Shown: positions 14,282 through 29,709 of the stretch, piece by piece
Position numbering within the stretch: position 1 is the first letter of the stretch
How the letters are laid out: the number at the start of each line of letters is the position of its first letter
NCBI GenBank assembly: GCA_963693365.1
Contig: CAVNZM010000014.1
Location: 7,130,001 to 7,194,000 of the forward strand
Source of the DNA: Amoebidium appalachense
Taxonomy: Eukaryota; Protista; Ichthyosporea
Direction of reading: 5' to 3'
DNA: 64,000 nt
Notes under the pieces: generated by a model
What the model was told of the DNA's origin: nothing
Databases searched by the model: none
Seen by the model: only the letters and a program-made list of their open reading frames with translations
Made by a program: the position numbers and the translations under genes

Positions 14282-14524
14282 GTTCCTGATGCCCTCCACC
14301 CCAGTAGCAGCTCCACTCCATGCATGCCGAAATTTATCCTCCATTGGCTTCTTGACAGCTTTAAGGAACTGATCAGAACTCATGGCTGCGTCAAGTACAC
14401 CAGGCCCTTGCTCCGATAGGTATCGATGAAATTCGTAGATGAAGTTGTCTATGCATTGGCGCAACCAAACACCAAAGTGAGGTGCCATGCGGGCCATCGG
14501 CGAGATGGTAAAATCGGGAGGCAG
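14282..14524 (-). CDS. SET gene exon (LPPDFTISPMARMAPHFGVWLRQCIDNF...GIRN)
   Basis: tgcag acceptor and gtgagt donor, 243 nt, phase 0/0. Confidence 0.8.
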
Positions 14525-14679
14525 CTGCAGGTGAGTCCCTGGAATGCATGTGTGTAAATATGGTATGCTACAGTATTGGCCGGCACTGGAGTAATAATAA
14601 GAAAAAATTGTACATAGGCTCAGAAGATATTGCATCACTAACAGTATGGTACTGGACTATATGCACGAAATGTTTCGGC

Positions 14680-15296
14680 CTAACCGCCTTTTGTTCTCCC
14701 GTAGACGGCCGGACCATATTTGAGGCTATGAAACATTCAAAAAAACCGGCTCGAGTTGACAAAAATCAACAAGCACCTGTAATTGTTTTTTATTAAAAAA
14801 AAAAAAAAAGAGTGTTGCGAAGAACCAGCACGCATTGTGAGCACATGATCTATGCTGGTTTCAGCGACTGGGGGGGGGGGGGGAGCGGGGGGAGGGGGGG
14901 TTCTTTCAACAACGGTACATAATTCATATGAATCCCGGGGTAGATTTTAGCAAATCAGAATGAAGCAAATTTCAGCCGATCGGCTCAGAAGTTGAAATGC
15001 GGTAATCTCGGATTTCCTATTAGCGCCAGGCATCAAAAGATTGGGGGCTGGTCACTACGGCACATATAGGACTATTCAGGAAAAATGCCCGCGGTAAACA
15101 GTAAACCATAGTCAACCCCAGTGTTTTTGGTGTCTTTCAAAAGTAGAAAACATGTAGTTAATTCATGTTAGTGTTGAGACGCTGGCTACAGTTGAACTGA
15201 TGACTATTACATGAGGCGTTATCATCACACGTCAACGTCGCCGTGCTTATGCTGTTGGGAACGGTGCAAATCTGCATCGGCGGACAAACGGGTTAA
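14680..15296. mobile_element. Possible non-autonomous piggyBac-like element
   Basis: The right end is ...GGACAAACGGGTTAA (TTAA plus CCC). The degenerate left counterpart is CTAACCGCCTTTTGTTC. Confidence 0.3.
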
Positions 15297-15415
15297 GGCA
15301 TGTTTTGGTTTTAGTTGAAATGCATTTCATTGGGATGATCGAACCCAGACATTCTACAGTCCCCACCGCTCCTGTGCTTACCGAGGCAATTTCTCTGCAG
15401 ATTGGATGCTATCAC

Positions 15416-15593
15416 CAAAGTTTCTGCCCTCTTCTCCTTAAAGAAGAGCAGCAAAGTCTCCAGATTTTCCTTGAGCGCAGTGAGTGTCGCATCCGCCTTT
15501 GCTGTCCTCTCATTCTCGCTGAGGTTAGGCACCGTCTTCTCTAGGTGGCCCTTGATCTTGTTTACAAAGGTCGTGCAGAACTCTGCGCTGTCC
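15416..15593 (-). CDS. SET gene exon (DSAEFCTTFVNKIKGHLEK...KRAETL)
   Basis: ctaacag acceptor and gtgata donor, 178 nt, phase 2/0. Confidence 0.75.
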
Positions 15594-16082
15594 CTGTTAG
15601 GTGGTATGGCAATACATTAGATGCCATACTGGCAGTATCCTGCTGTTGTGCATAAAAACGGTGACAGAGGTTTTGGATACGTATGGGCTATAGCCCTATA
15701 CAAAAAACAGGTAGTGATTTGGAGGACAAGCCGGGGAGAGGGGGGTGGGGTGGGGGAGGGTGGGTGAGGAGGAGGTTTCTTTGTCACACTAGTACTGCTG
15801 ATGTTGACAGTCAGATCCAGCAAGGCTTGTGATAGTGGAATTGAAAAACAAAACCGTGCTTATGAGTGTGTGACGGTGCGTGTGGGTGTCTATGTGTGTG
15901 GGTGTCTATGTGTGTGGGTGTGGGTGTGTGTGTGTGTGCGAGTGGGTGTGTGTGCTATGTGTGTGTGTGTGTGCACATGTGGGTTCATCTGTGTATGTAG
16001 TTGTCTATGTGCGGGGGTGTCTGTGTGTATGTGTGTGTGTGTGTGTGTGCGTGTGCGTGCATGTGTGTAGGTGTGTTTGCGT

Positions 16083-16243
<161 letters not shown>

Positions 16244-16927
16244 GTATCTGTGGAAGGGATGGGGTGGGCGGGCGGGGGGGGGGGGGGGGGGGGGGGAGGG
16301 GGGAGGGAGGGCTACTGGGGTGAGACAAAATGTGTGTTACAATAGCGCATTGTACGTGAAAGCGTGAGAACGAGGTAAGAGAAGGCTGTCCATGGCGAGG
16401 AAGAAGGGAAGGGGGGTTGAGGGGGGGAGGGGGGGGGGGGAGGGGGAGGGGGGAAGGGGGGAGGGGGGAGGGGGGAGGGGGGATGATCCATGCTTGGCGG
16501 AAGGTCTTTTTCGAGTTCTTCTATAACAAAAGTTACTAGATGTGTGGTGGCTCAGGGGTGTTGGGGGATGATGGTTGGGGGATGATGGTTGTCTGTCCGG
16601 ACGAATGGCCTGTCTAAGACGGGAAAGTAACGTGAATCACTTGCAAATTATGACAAACAATGCTGCAAGATGAGGTGGAATCAAGATCTTCTCGTTAAAA
16701 GATCAATTTGACGGCTTATTATATATGCATTGTCCTCTCTGGGTAACCGCCATGTAAAGAGAATTCCAAGCATGCCAATTAACAAATGCTGACATATACG
16801 TTGAATGTATCTCGAAGAAGATCGTGTTGTTGGTCCCCAAATATCCGGGGTAGCTGGCATGAAAGAAACAAGAGTCCAGGACACTCAGGAAGTAGCTGTG
16901 CGTGATGTTGCATTTTTTTTCACTTAC

Positions 16928-17043
16928 AATTTATCCTTGGCCAGTAGGATGCCGTTCCTCATATTCTCGACAACAGCATCATTGGTGACGTACAAAGGCT
17001 GGAAGCTTAGGGCCTGCTCGTTCGTCCTGTTTGTGTTGTCCGC
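16928..17043 (-). CDS. SET gene exon (ADNTNRTNEQALSFQPLYVTNDAVVENMRNGILLAKDK)
   Basis: cagcag (NAGNAG) acceptor and gtaagt donor, phase 0/2. Confidence 0.8.
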
Positions 17044-17410
17044 CTGCTGTGGTACATGTTGTTCTGTTAGCAGCAGTCAGGTCGTCATCCAGCAGCCACG
17101 GGGTTAAATAAGAATGAATGCATGAGGGTACCAGGGACACTGTAGGGCATGGGAGTTAGTTGCACATGGCAGTTACCAACATAACTATTGCATGCGCAAA
17201 TGGTAAATGAAGCTTTTTAATCAAACAGAACTCATCGAACAATGTTCACACGAAGCAACCAAGTAGCATAGCTTATGTGAATATAAAGTTGAGCACTAAG
17301 GAAGACAAGGCTGAGTAGTCAGCAAAGCCCAGACAATGTTCATTTGCGCATAGTCCTGTCCACAGAGAGAAAGAGAGAGAGGAGGAGGGGGGGGGGGGGG
17401 GGGGGGGGGG

Positions 17411-17694
<284 letters not shown>

Positions 17695-18289
17695 GGTTTG
17701 TGTGTGTGTGTATGTGTGTCGAATGCGCGTGTGCTGAGAGACAGAGAGAGAAGAGTCGCGGGGGAGGGGGGGGGGGGGGGGGAGGGGGGAGGGGGTCCGC
17801 GTCAGCAAAATGATAGGGAGCGAGAGATGGAATGACAGATTGGGGTTGAGAGCAAGAGAGAGAACGAGAGACAGAGACAGAGAGGGGGAGGGGAGGGGGG
17901 TGGGGGGAAGGGAGGGAGGGAGGGAGGAAGGGAGGGAGCGAGGGAGCGAGGGAGGGAGGGAGGGAGGGAGGGAGGGAGGGAGGGAGGGAGGGGGGGGGAG
18001 GGAGGGAGGAAGGGAGGGAGGGAGGGAGCGAGGGAGGGAGGGAGGGAGGGAGGGAGGGAGGGAGGGAGGGAGGGAGCGAGGGAGGGAGGGAGGGAGGGAG
18101 GGAGGGAGGGAGGGAGGGAGGGAGGGAGGGAGGGAGGGAGGGAGGGAGAGAGAGAGAGAGAGAGTTAGAGGTAGGGAGGGAGGGAGAGTAGGAGAGAGGG
18201 GGAGAGCAGAAAGGTAGGGAGGGTGACAGAGAGAGAAGAATAGGGATCAATTACTAGGCCCGAGAGCAACACTACCTACAGACACACGC

Positions 18290-18369
<80 letters not shown>

Positions 18370-19019
18370 GGATTGTCTAGGACCCCGTCTATCTTGTTCA
18401 ATGTGAACTTATTTATCTCCTCTTCTTTCCGTCTCTCTCTCCCTCTCTCTCTCCGTCTCTCTCTCTCTCGCTCTCTCTCTCTCCCTCTCTCTCCCCCCCC
18501 CCCCCCCCCCTCTCGCATATCCCTTTTTTGCTCCATGGTTCAGGGTCTCTCTCTCTCTCTCTCCTTATCCCTCCCTTTCTGTCTCTCTCTCTCTTTCCAT
18601 CAAACATACACGCTCACACACCGAGAGAGAGCACCGTGACAAACACAATGTGCACACACCCACACACACACAAACACACACCATGATGTCAGACACACGC
18701 CCACACACATACACTCACATGCCTACACACACATGTTCAAGTTCACAAACACACACATACAAACACTGCCACAAACACACTCGCACAACCCACACACTCG
18801 TACTCTCCGTGACATACTCAAACACACCGAGAGAGAGAAAAAAAGGGAAGGGAGACAGGCATAGGGAATAGAGAGATTATAGAGGTGGAGAGACAGTGAG
18901 ACAGTGAGAGAGACAGAGAGAGAGGGGGAGAGAGGGGGGAGGGGAGGGGGGGAGATAGGGACATGAGTACATAAGTGTGGCTGCGTGTGATTGTGTTTGT
19001 GTGTACGTGCATGTGTGTG

Positions 19020-19126
<107 letters not shown>

Positions 19127-19369
19127 CGTGTGTGTGTATGTGTGCGTGTGTGCCGTGTGTATGTGTGTGTAGGTGGGTGCAGGTGGCACACATGTGTGTA
19201 TTTGAAGGGATTGTGTAGTGGCTCCTTCTTCATGTTAGGTGCCTCCTATCTTTCCCTCTCCCTCGATATCCCTCTCTTTTGCCCTCCCTGTCTCCATGCA
19301 CGCACACGCCACAACTTGTGTCAAACACGTGCACACCCACGAACACAACCACACACACACACACACACG

Positions 19370-19418
<49 letters not shown>

Positions 19419-19966
19419 ACACTGTACACAGACACAGTCTGGCGGTCTGGTTATGCACCTTAATTGCAAACTGCAAGACAACTGAACACTCACACACTAA
19501 CATTTACATAATGCATACAAACACACACTGTGTTGCAAGTTACTGTAGATAAACCCATTGCACTTGTGGTCCACACATGCAAGGATCCCTCTCCCCCGCC
19601 CACCACTCCCTCACCTTCACACACTAACCCTATCTCCCAAAACCCTGCCGGTCTATGCCCCTGCCCACAGCGAGCAGTGATGGCTCATGTGAGTAGGCCT
19701 CTAAATGTGCTCCCAATGCACACATGCACGAACCTTCCCTGCCTACAGAGACATGTTTAAGATGGGCACACCCACACACGGCCCAGGCCATGCACAACAT
19801 GCCTCATTGCGTGTAACGCTTTGCTCGAAAGAGGGAATAAAAATGTAAATAGATGAATTCTCTACCTTCACGGATGCACTTGCAAAAACGTGTCGACAGC
19901 CAGGGGCCACACAACATGCGCATAACACAGAACAACTCATAAGAAATTTACACCCAGTGTCCATAC

Positions 19967-20028
19967 CTCGGTGTCAACATCACTGGCAACTCCACCCACG
20001 GCCAGCAGGCCCTTCTTCCACTCAATAC
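19967..20028 (-). CDS. SET gene exon (IEWKKGLLAVGGVASDVDTE)
   Basis: tacag acceptor and gtatgg donor, 62 nt, phase 1/0. Confidence 0.8.
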
Positions 20029-20614
20029 CTGTACATGATGTTTGAGCTTTTATAAAAGTTTCCACAAAGAGATTCTTAGAAAACTTTGTTTTTCATATGT
20101 TCGGCTCTTCGCCCCGACCAGAACCCTGTCGATCTTTTATTTAGCTGCTTCCGTGCTCTATCAATTTGAAGCCACACTGTTTATTTATTTGCGACGTGAA
20201 AACACAGAATGTTCCAATAGGATATATGTTTTTTCATTTAAAGAACCCGTGGCAGCAAGTGACGACAAACGTCAAGCCGAAAAAAATAACCAACCATCAA
20301 CTCAAGCTGGTTTTCAAATGATTGAGTTCTAACCATAAAAGATGCATGCTATTAGAAGTAGGTTGACATATGCTGCCTGCCATCTACTTTTGTTTTCTCG
20401 TGGAAGACACATTTGATTTAGTCGCCCGCAGCAGCTCAGCATGTCATTTAAAACCTAATTGGATGTAATATCCACATGGGCTCATGCAACCAATTTAAGG
20501 GACCTGCCGATGGCATGCATACTACTTTTTCAATGACACTGAAACACAAGTCAAAGTTATCGACCTATAGAATCAGGTACCCAGCCCAGTGCCTAGAGAA
20601 TTGCAGCCACACTG

Positions 20615-20785
20615 TACCTTCCACGAGAAGACACTTGAAGCTAAAGCTTACGGGCATCGATTGATGTAACTCAACCATCCAGTGGTTAGCATTCGTTTTG
20701 GATTTATAGATTGATCTGAGAACAGATTAATCTAATGATTGGTCGAGTGCTAAATTCTAATTCAATCGCCATCTGGTGAACAATG
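20615..20785 (+). repeat. Dispersed repeat; homologous copies at ~23580-23700 (+) and ~39135-39310 (-)
   Basis: Shared blocks occur in the same order: TTCCACGAGAAGACAC, ATCGATT, TGGYTAGCA, TGATTGGT and CATCTRGT. The 23.6-kb copy covers only the later blocks. Confidence 0.6.
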
Positions 20786-21023
20786 CTCTTTAACAAGAGA
20801 CACGAGAAAAGCCCCTGTTTCCTAACAAAGCATTTTTTCTTTTCGCGTGTTGCTGATGAACAAATGGTATCGTCCGGTAGAGAAGGGGAAAAATATCAAC
20901 CTTCTAAATATAACTTTGAGAAGGTTTTGACCGGTGCGAAGGGTCAGGAATCATGAAAAACATAAAGTGCCTTCTCGTTGAAGGTACATAATAGGGTACT
21001 GCACAGCGGGACAATATCATTAC

Positions 21024-21171
21024 CTTCTTCGCCTGTCAGTATATCTGCAATTATTGCAGGACCATCACTGTCAAGCAGCTGCCTAGTCACCCCAGCCTGG
21101 ACCAGAAGATACAACAACAGGTTGTTTGTGTGGTTGACATTTTCAAGCGCACGCAGAACGGGTGCCCAAAT
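21024..21171 (-). CDS. SET gene exon (IWAPVLRALENVNHTNNLLLYLLVQAG...TGEE)
   Basis: ttaacag acceptor and gtaatg donor, 148 nt, phase 0/1. Confidence 0.8.
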
Positions 21172-21917
21172 CTGTTAAGAGTGTTAGTTGTTGGCTGGTT
21201 AGTAATCCCATAACATCCGATGACACGGGCTACCAACATGGGTATATGGCCTTATTACTTTTTTTTCCGGGGACCATACTGAATTGCAGATAATTTGATG
21301 TAATTTTTCCCGGAAAGACAATACCGAATCAACCCCTTAGAGATGTTTAGGACACTACCCCTCTCCCCGCTGACGGAGAGCCTCCCCTCTCTCCGTCAGG
21401 CCCAAAAAGGCTAAGAAACACTGTGAACCAATGGCATCATGCTAAACAACCAAGCCACCATGCTATTCTTCCTCTTGCCACCCCATAATCCTAGCCAGCT
21501 AGCCCAACAATAAAAATGTAGTTAACATTGCTGCCTTGTGCCCTTGCCACCCAGGGGGGGTCTGGAATTGACCACCAATATTCCATCAACCTTAATTTTA
21601 CTCTGCCTTAGGTACCCCTTAACACGAAAAGGTTACGATTTTCTCTGCCATTGTATCCCCACGTGTGCGTGTGGATTTTGGATGTTGTAGGTAGTGGTGG
21701 AGGTGGAGGTGCATCACACTGGCATTGAACATATGTGAGGCCGGGACCGCCGGGGGGGGGGGGGGGGGGGGGGAGGGGGGGGGGAGGGGGGGGAGGGAGG
21801 GAGAAAAGGAAAAGCCCGTATGGGGGTGGGATGGAAGCGAGAGGGTTAATTTCTTATTTTTTATTTTTTTTTGTTTCTTTTTTTCTTTTTGGAGGGCGCG
21901 AGGGGGTGTGTGTGTGT

Positions 21918-21968
<51 letters not shown>

Positions 21969-21977
21969 GATGCTAAC

Positions 21978-22253
21978 ATTCAGGTAGGTCCTGCAGTTTT
22001 CCGCCCACGTGGCCGTCATAAGGGCCGCCAATGGTGCTGATGCGGCCTCAGGGTCGTCTGAATGCACCTTGAGGATCTCCTTGATCCCAAAGCACAATGG
22101 CACCGTCTGCCCCACTCCCTTCCACTGGTGCGGCAAATGCTTGCTGTCACGTTGATTGAGCATACGTTGTTGGTCATTGACATACGACAAGAGCTCTTCC
22201 GCGACTGTGGACATAGCCGCCGTCATTTTCATGCCTTTGAAACGCCCTTTTAG
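21978..22253 (-). CDS. SET gene exon (LKGRFKGMKMTAAMS...NCRTYLN)
   Basis: tacag acceptor and gttagc donor, 276 nt, phase 0/0. Confidence 0.8.
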
Positions 22254-22368
22254 CTGTAGAGTAGTCATGCACATGCAATCAGAAAATCATCATGAAACAG
22301 GATATGAAAAGCTACTCTGGGTAGCCAGAGGGGGGGGGGGGGGGGGTCCCAGGTAGGACGTGGATTTG

Positions 22369-22452
<84 letters not shown>

Positions 22453-22770
22453 GTGTGCGTGTGTGCGTGTGTGCGTGCGTGCACGTATGTGTGTGTGTGT
22501 GAATGTGTGTGTGTGTGTTTTCTTTGTTGTGTTGTTGTTTGTTTGTATTTTCTTTTTTGTCTGTGTGGCTTTTTGTTTTCTCTTGTTTGTCGGTGTGAAT
22601 GTGTGTGTACGCGTGTTGGCGGTGAAGCGTGTGCGCACATGTGTGTATAGGTGTGTGTTTGTGTGTGTCTTTTTTGGGGCGTTTGTTACAGCATTTGTGT
22701 GTGTTGATCCTCCGTGTTCGTCTCGGTTTTTCTTCCCCCTTATTCACGGTATGTGCATGGGCGTGCGTGA

Positions 22771-22811
<41 letters not shown>

Positions 22812-22861
22812 CATGTGTGTGTCACTGCGCACATGTGTGAGTGTGTGAATGTGTGAGTGTG

Positions 22862-22966
<105 letters not shown>

Positions 22967-23278
22967 CTTTTCTTTTCTTTTTCTTTTCTATTTTTTCTAT
23001 TTTTTTTTTTTCCGGGGGGGGGGGGGGGGGGGGGGGGGGGGATCGAGCAGACAAACTGGGTTGGGCAACGTGTGTCAAACCAGTCTATACACCTGAAGAA
23101 TACATCCATTGATGTGTAGTACTATGGATGTCCATGTGTGTGTGTATATGTGCCTCTAACACGGCATTAAGCGGATTAATCCTAGTAATTTAGCACGAAC
23201 CATAGTGCACATATCAGCAATTGTGCTTATGCAGTCCCTAGTATGGGAATCCCCTCATATCATCATTGGCCAACTTAC

Positions 23279-23377
23279 CGCCTCATTGAAGCATGTATGT
23301 TCATCAAGGGGCCTGGGTGGTATATTTGGCTTCGGCGGTCCACCGTGCTTGGCCACTGAATAGACATCCATTTTCAT
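23279..23377 (-). CDS. SET gene exon (MKMDVYSVAKHGGPPKPNIPPRPLDEHTCFNEA)
   Basis: tccag acceptor and gtaagt donor, 99 nt, phase 0/0. Confidence 0.75.
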
Positions 23378-23845
23378 CTGGATAGGTGGAGAAAAGGGTC
23401 AGCAACAACTCGGCATCACCACTGCTACCTTAACCACTACATCCACGAGTTTTCTTTTCCCCCTATGCCCCGACTATGATGATTAGCATCCCAGCCTCAG
23501 TGAACGGCATGCCTGACTTTAGAAATGCATCTTCCACCAGATCATGCTAGCACACATAATAATTTCTGATCGGCAGCATTTGAACTAACTTGAATATCTA
23601 TTGGTTAGCAATCTTAACTCAGTATAGTTTCAAGTTGAAAACAAATTGATGTAATGATCGAATGTATAGTTCTCTAATTCAACCGTCATCTAGTAGAGAA
23701 AAGTTCTTAAGCCCAAAGATACAAAAATCTAATATATCCTGTGTATTAGAGCACAGACATGTGCACCACGTTCTTTTTTGCGCATACAAGTGTTTACCAA
23801 CTTATGAATGTTACTGCAGGATCACTTCTGGGTATTCAGGCATAC

Positions 23846-23962
23846 CAGCTCCTTTAGCCGGGAATTGTTTTTAACCTCCTCGTCGGCCAGTTGTGTATGT
23901 TTCATTGCTTCCTCCTCTTCTTGCTCTTGCAGATTTTGAAGGCGTGTCTTCGGTCTAGATCC
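23846..23962 (-). CDS. SET gene exon (GSRPKTRLQNLQEQEEEEAMK...RLKEL)
   Basis: ctaat branch point, ttttag acceptor and gtatgc donor, 117 nt. Confidence 0.75.
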
Positions 23963-24138
23963 CTAAAAAGACCCGAGATTAGCCAAAAAATTTACATAAA
24001 GCACACACAGACATGCGCGCCCATGCACATGCACTCAGGCCCCGTCTATCCATCCACACATCCACCAACCCCCCCCCCCCCCCCAACACACACACACACA
24101 CAATCAAACACACATACACACACACACACACACTCACT

Positions 24139-24191
<53 letters not shown>

Positions 24192-24212
24192 GCACGCACG
24201 CACGCACACACA

Positions 24213-24302
<90 letters not shown>

Positions 24303-24863
24303 ACACAGAGTGAGGTGGCATCCACCCTTCCACCAACAAATCCACACAAACCCATCCATACACACATCCACAACACAGGTGGAACACATGCACACCACAC
24401 AAACACACGCAAACACACACACACACATACCCGTATACATACTGGCTGCACATATTAGTACTATCACACATGTGACGCTGAACACATAAGATAAGACTTC
24501 CGACATGTAAGCACACCAACACATGATGATCGTCGTGCAAGCACAAAGACATGCACATGCACACACACAGAACGCACGATATGTGCACACTCACTGTTCA
24601 CACATGCACACCCATGTGGAACATCAGCACTTCCCACACACAGACACACACACACATGTCATAAACATTGCCAGAAACGTATGGAGTGCCGCCCACACAA
24701 TCACAGCTGTCAGAGGCAGATACAGGTGCTGTCTGCAAAAAAGAACTGCCCAAAAAATGGTCGTTACATTTCTTAGCCGCCAGGGGGAAGGGGGAGGGGG
24801 GGGGGAGGGGGGGACACAGCTAAGATGGCGGTGGTGTTGGTGACCGTGACGGTTGTGGTGGTG

Positions 24864-24894
<31 letters not shown>

Positions 24895-25038
24895 GGGGGG
24901 GGGGGGTGGGCAGGGTCATAATGACTTAGTGTGCCAATAAGAACATCCGAAAAATGTGGCTGCGTGCATGTTCTTAGAAGAATCCGACCTTGCCGCTGGC
25001 ATGTTGTCATGTTGGGATTCTAATGACGGAGAGCAAAC

Positions 25039-25479
25039 CTTTTTCCTCCTTGCTAGATGAACCTCCTCCTCCTGGACCCTAGGACCTTCATCATCCTCTT
25101 CCTCTTCCTCTTCCTCCTCTTCTTCATCCCCCTCCGCCTCTTCTTTATCCCCCTCCTCCTCTTCTTCATCCCCCTCCACCTCTTCTTCATCCCTCTCCTC
25201 CTCTTCTTCATCCCCCTCCTCCTCTTGTTCTTCCCCCTCCTCCTCTTCCTCCTCCTCCTCCTCCTCTTTCTTCTTCCCCGGGCCCCCATGCACCTCCTCT
25301 TCCCCCTCACTGCTATCTTCATCAACACCATATTCCTCTCCTGACATGAATCCCATGTCATTACCGTACTTTTCGCTATCTGATTCTGACGCTGAATCTG
25401 CCTCTTCAGACTCTGAATGGTCCAGTTTCCGTTTTTTGATGGTCACCTTTCCTCCCATCCTCTGGGCACCACTGCTCTC
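25039..25479 (-). CDS. SET gene exon, poly-Glu acidic tract with NLS-like KKRKLD
   Basis: tgacag acceptor and gtttgc donor, 441 nt, phase 0/0. Contains an internal 21-nt EEEGDEE tandem repeat. Confidence 0.75.
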
Positions 25480-25970
25480 CTGTCAAAAAAACCATGTGTT
25501 CGGGTTATTACCCTCAAAGTGCCTGGACATATTTAACCAAACTGAATTACATCTAGTACCCCCCCAACCCCCACTCCTCCCTCCCTCCTACCCCCGCGCC
25601 AAGGGGCCATCTCCTGCAATAAAAACATCACTACAAGCACCACGGGCCAGTTTGGGTACTTCTACCATCCTCACCTACACCTCCTCGCTCTCCTCCTGCA
25701 CTGTTCTCAGTTGTGTTCCCACAGTGGCAACCCCTCCTTTCCCTTCCCTTCCCCCTGGGCCCGGGGCCACCACCACCCAGAATACTAGATCACCGTTTCT
25801 TTACACCACAGTGCTTATATCTATATTCTGCTATCGCTACCCTTTTGGTTTGTAACTATCTGGCAAGCAGTGCTCGTCCTACAACCCTAAGGCATGCCCA
25901 GGTTAGATCACAACCTCAAGCAAATCTCCATTTTACATATTTGGGCCAAACAAATACCCCACTCCCATAC

Positions 25971-26138
25971 CTTGTTCCTCTTTACTGAAAGGAAGCTCCC
26001 ATCCTCCTCCTCCTCCTCCTCCTCCTCTTCTTCCCCTACCGTTTCTGGCTCCAGACCCTCCGCCTGAGACTCCGGCAGGTCCAGTTTTCGCCTTTTGCTG
26101 GCCTTGTTTTCCCTTTTCCTCTTGATGACACTGGCCTC
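25971..26138 (-). CDS. SET gene exon (EASVIKRKRENKASKRRKLDLPES...KRNK)
   Basis: tgacag acceptor and gtatgg donor, 168 nt. Confidence 0.75.
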
Positions 26139-27082
26139 CTGTCAAACAACTGCCTTAGTATTCTGATTATTATTTCCATACACATTTAAATTTCACCACA
26201 GCTCGTAGGAGACCCCTCCCCCCACCACCACCACCACTACCCCCACACCCCTTCTCCCCCCCTCGTTTCCCCCCCCCCCCCCCTCCCCCGCCCCTCTCCC
26301 CCCAATTTTCCCCCACTAATCATCCATACTGTGGTCCCACGGGATTTGTACATGCACACACACAGATATGCATGAACACTATCCCTCCTCTCACATTCTC
26401 CCCTTAGGCTTCACACAGGTATTGACTACCCACCACCTCCTCTCTCCATCTCCCTCCCCCTCACCTACCTCATTTTCTCCCATCCATCCCCCCCCCCCCC
26501 CCCCCCTTCCCCCTTAGCACGCCCAGGAACGACGACACACGCGTCCAGGCTCGACAACACACCTAGCAAGCCAGCCTCCCCCCCCCCCCCCCCCCCCCCC
26601 CCCCAATACACTCAAACAAAATTTTTTTTTGGTCTCTTCCCCATGACCCCCCCCCCCCCCTCCCCTTCCCCGATGCTCGCACACACTGTATATATTCACC
26701 CTGTCAGCATACACGCACTCACATGCACTCACATGCACACACACACACACACGCACACACACACACACGTGCACACACACACACACACACACGCAAGCAC
26801 ACACGCACGCACAACCATACGCACACATGCACACATGCATGCATACATGCACTAACAAACACTCACTCTTCTCAATTAGTATCATGATTGACCCTTATGC
26901 CATCATGCCACGCTCTGAAATGTGATTGTGATACATGGACACATATGCCTCATCCCAGAAATAAGTTCTGGTCAGCTAACAACAACCGGCTGCTACCCTG
27001 AACTCGATTTTAACGGAGCCCCAGAACAGGACACACACACAAAAATGCACTCTATTGGGAAGACACACCCACAATGTCATAC

Positions 27083-27205
27083 CTCGGTACTCTCATCCGA
27101 ATGCGGATTATTCTTCCTTTTGAACTGGTTCCCCCGCTTGGGTGTTGGTCGCTGCTGTCCACATGGGATATCTTGTGATATGCGATTTCCGGCACGACTC
27201 TTCTT
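27083..27205 (-). CDS. SET gene exon (KKSRAGNRISQDIPC...DESTE)
   Basis: cacag acceptor and gtatga donor, 123 nt. Confidence 0.7.
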
Positions 27206-27737
27206 CTGTGGGCGTAAAGGGAACGACAAAGGTCAGTGTCCATTGAGGCAGCAATGAACCGACAACAGCAAAACAAACACATGGCTGCTTAGCCATAAGC
27301 AAGGAAACACTGCTCTGGATGGTCTCAACTGCGCTGAAACTATTTATAGAGGTCAACAAGAAATCGTATCAAATAAAAGGATGTATCCCAAACCACGGGC
27401 ATTCGAAATAAAAACAGTATCTTGCAATGTTCCCGGGTGATTTTAAGATAGCTGGGTCCATGCAAATGCGGCGATGTGTCTCCGATCAGAACTCATACGA
27501 AAAGCATGGTTGCACCAAAAAGGTGGGGTGACCCCGCTATCTGCTAGAGCTACAATTTTTGAATGTTATGTTGCTTCTGTAAAAAAGTGTTTCCTTCAGG
27601 CGGTCTGTACAGAAAAAATATAACTCATTTGATTTGGCGCCAGTAGCAAAACACCAAATACACCATAAACCGGTATGGCTTTCTTAGTTAATTAATAAGC
27701 GGACTACTATGAAACTTTACTGAATTGAGTGTTTGTG

Positions 27738-27879
<142 letters not shown>

Positions 27880-28114
27880 CGCGCGTGCATGTGTGTGTGT
27901 GTCCACCTCTGTGTGCACGAGCAGAAGGTATGCGTGGGAGGGGGGCTGGAGTTGGGGTGGAAGGTGTGTGTGTGTGTTTGTGGGGGGGGGGGGGGGGGGG
28001 GGGGAGGGGGGAGGGACGGAGGATTGGATGTGCTTTGCAAGTGTTTACACTATTAGGAAATGAGAGGGTGTGTGCATACGTGTGTATGTATCGGCCTGTG
28101 TGTGTGCGTCCGCG

Positions 28115-29293
<1,179 letters not shown>

Positions 29294-29616
29294 CCTAGTA
29301 AAGATTGAGGGAGAGGCCAGAGCCGGACGGGGGGGAGGGGGGAGGGGGGGGAGGGGGGGATGGGGCGGGATGTATGCGTTAGAGGGTTGGAAGGGAGAGA
29401 CACCAGAGGACAACAACAAAACTTCACAGAAATGAGAACCTCGAAATCAAACAATTTAAGTGTGCAGGCAGAAGACATTGGGACAGAGCCCATCATCAGG
29501 GGGGTTCCTATGCCTCCACAAAAGCATGGGTTTCGACTCTTTAACCTCTCTCGCACGGTTCCCAACCCATACTTTCCTTCAACAGCATTGGGGGGGGGGG
29601 GGGGGGGGGGGCTCAC

Positions 29617-29709
29617 CAATTCAGTGTATTGCGACAGTATCATAGGAGTTTGACAAGGCTCTTCATCATACTCGTTTTGGCGATTTGTATTCTCATACAA
29701 TTGGTCGCA
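29617..29709 (-). CDS. SET gene exon (CDQLYENTNRQNEYDEEPCQTPMILSQYTEL)
   Basis: cacag acceptor and gtgagc donor, 93 nt. Confidence 0.68.

Noticed and set aside
25674-25695. Small AG/GT-bounded segment EESEEV* in the SET gene
   Set aside because: The better donor includes an in-frame TAG, and the segment is not required for frame continuity.
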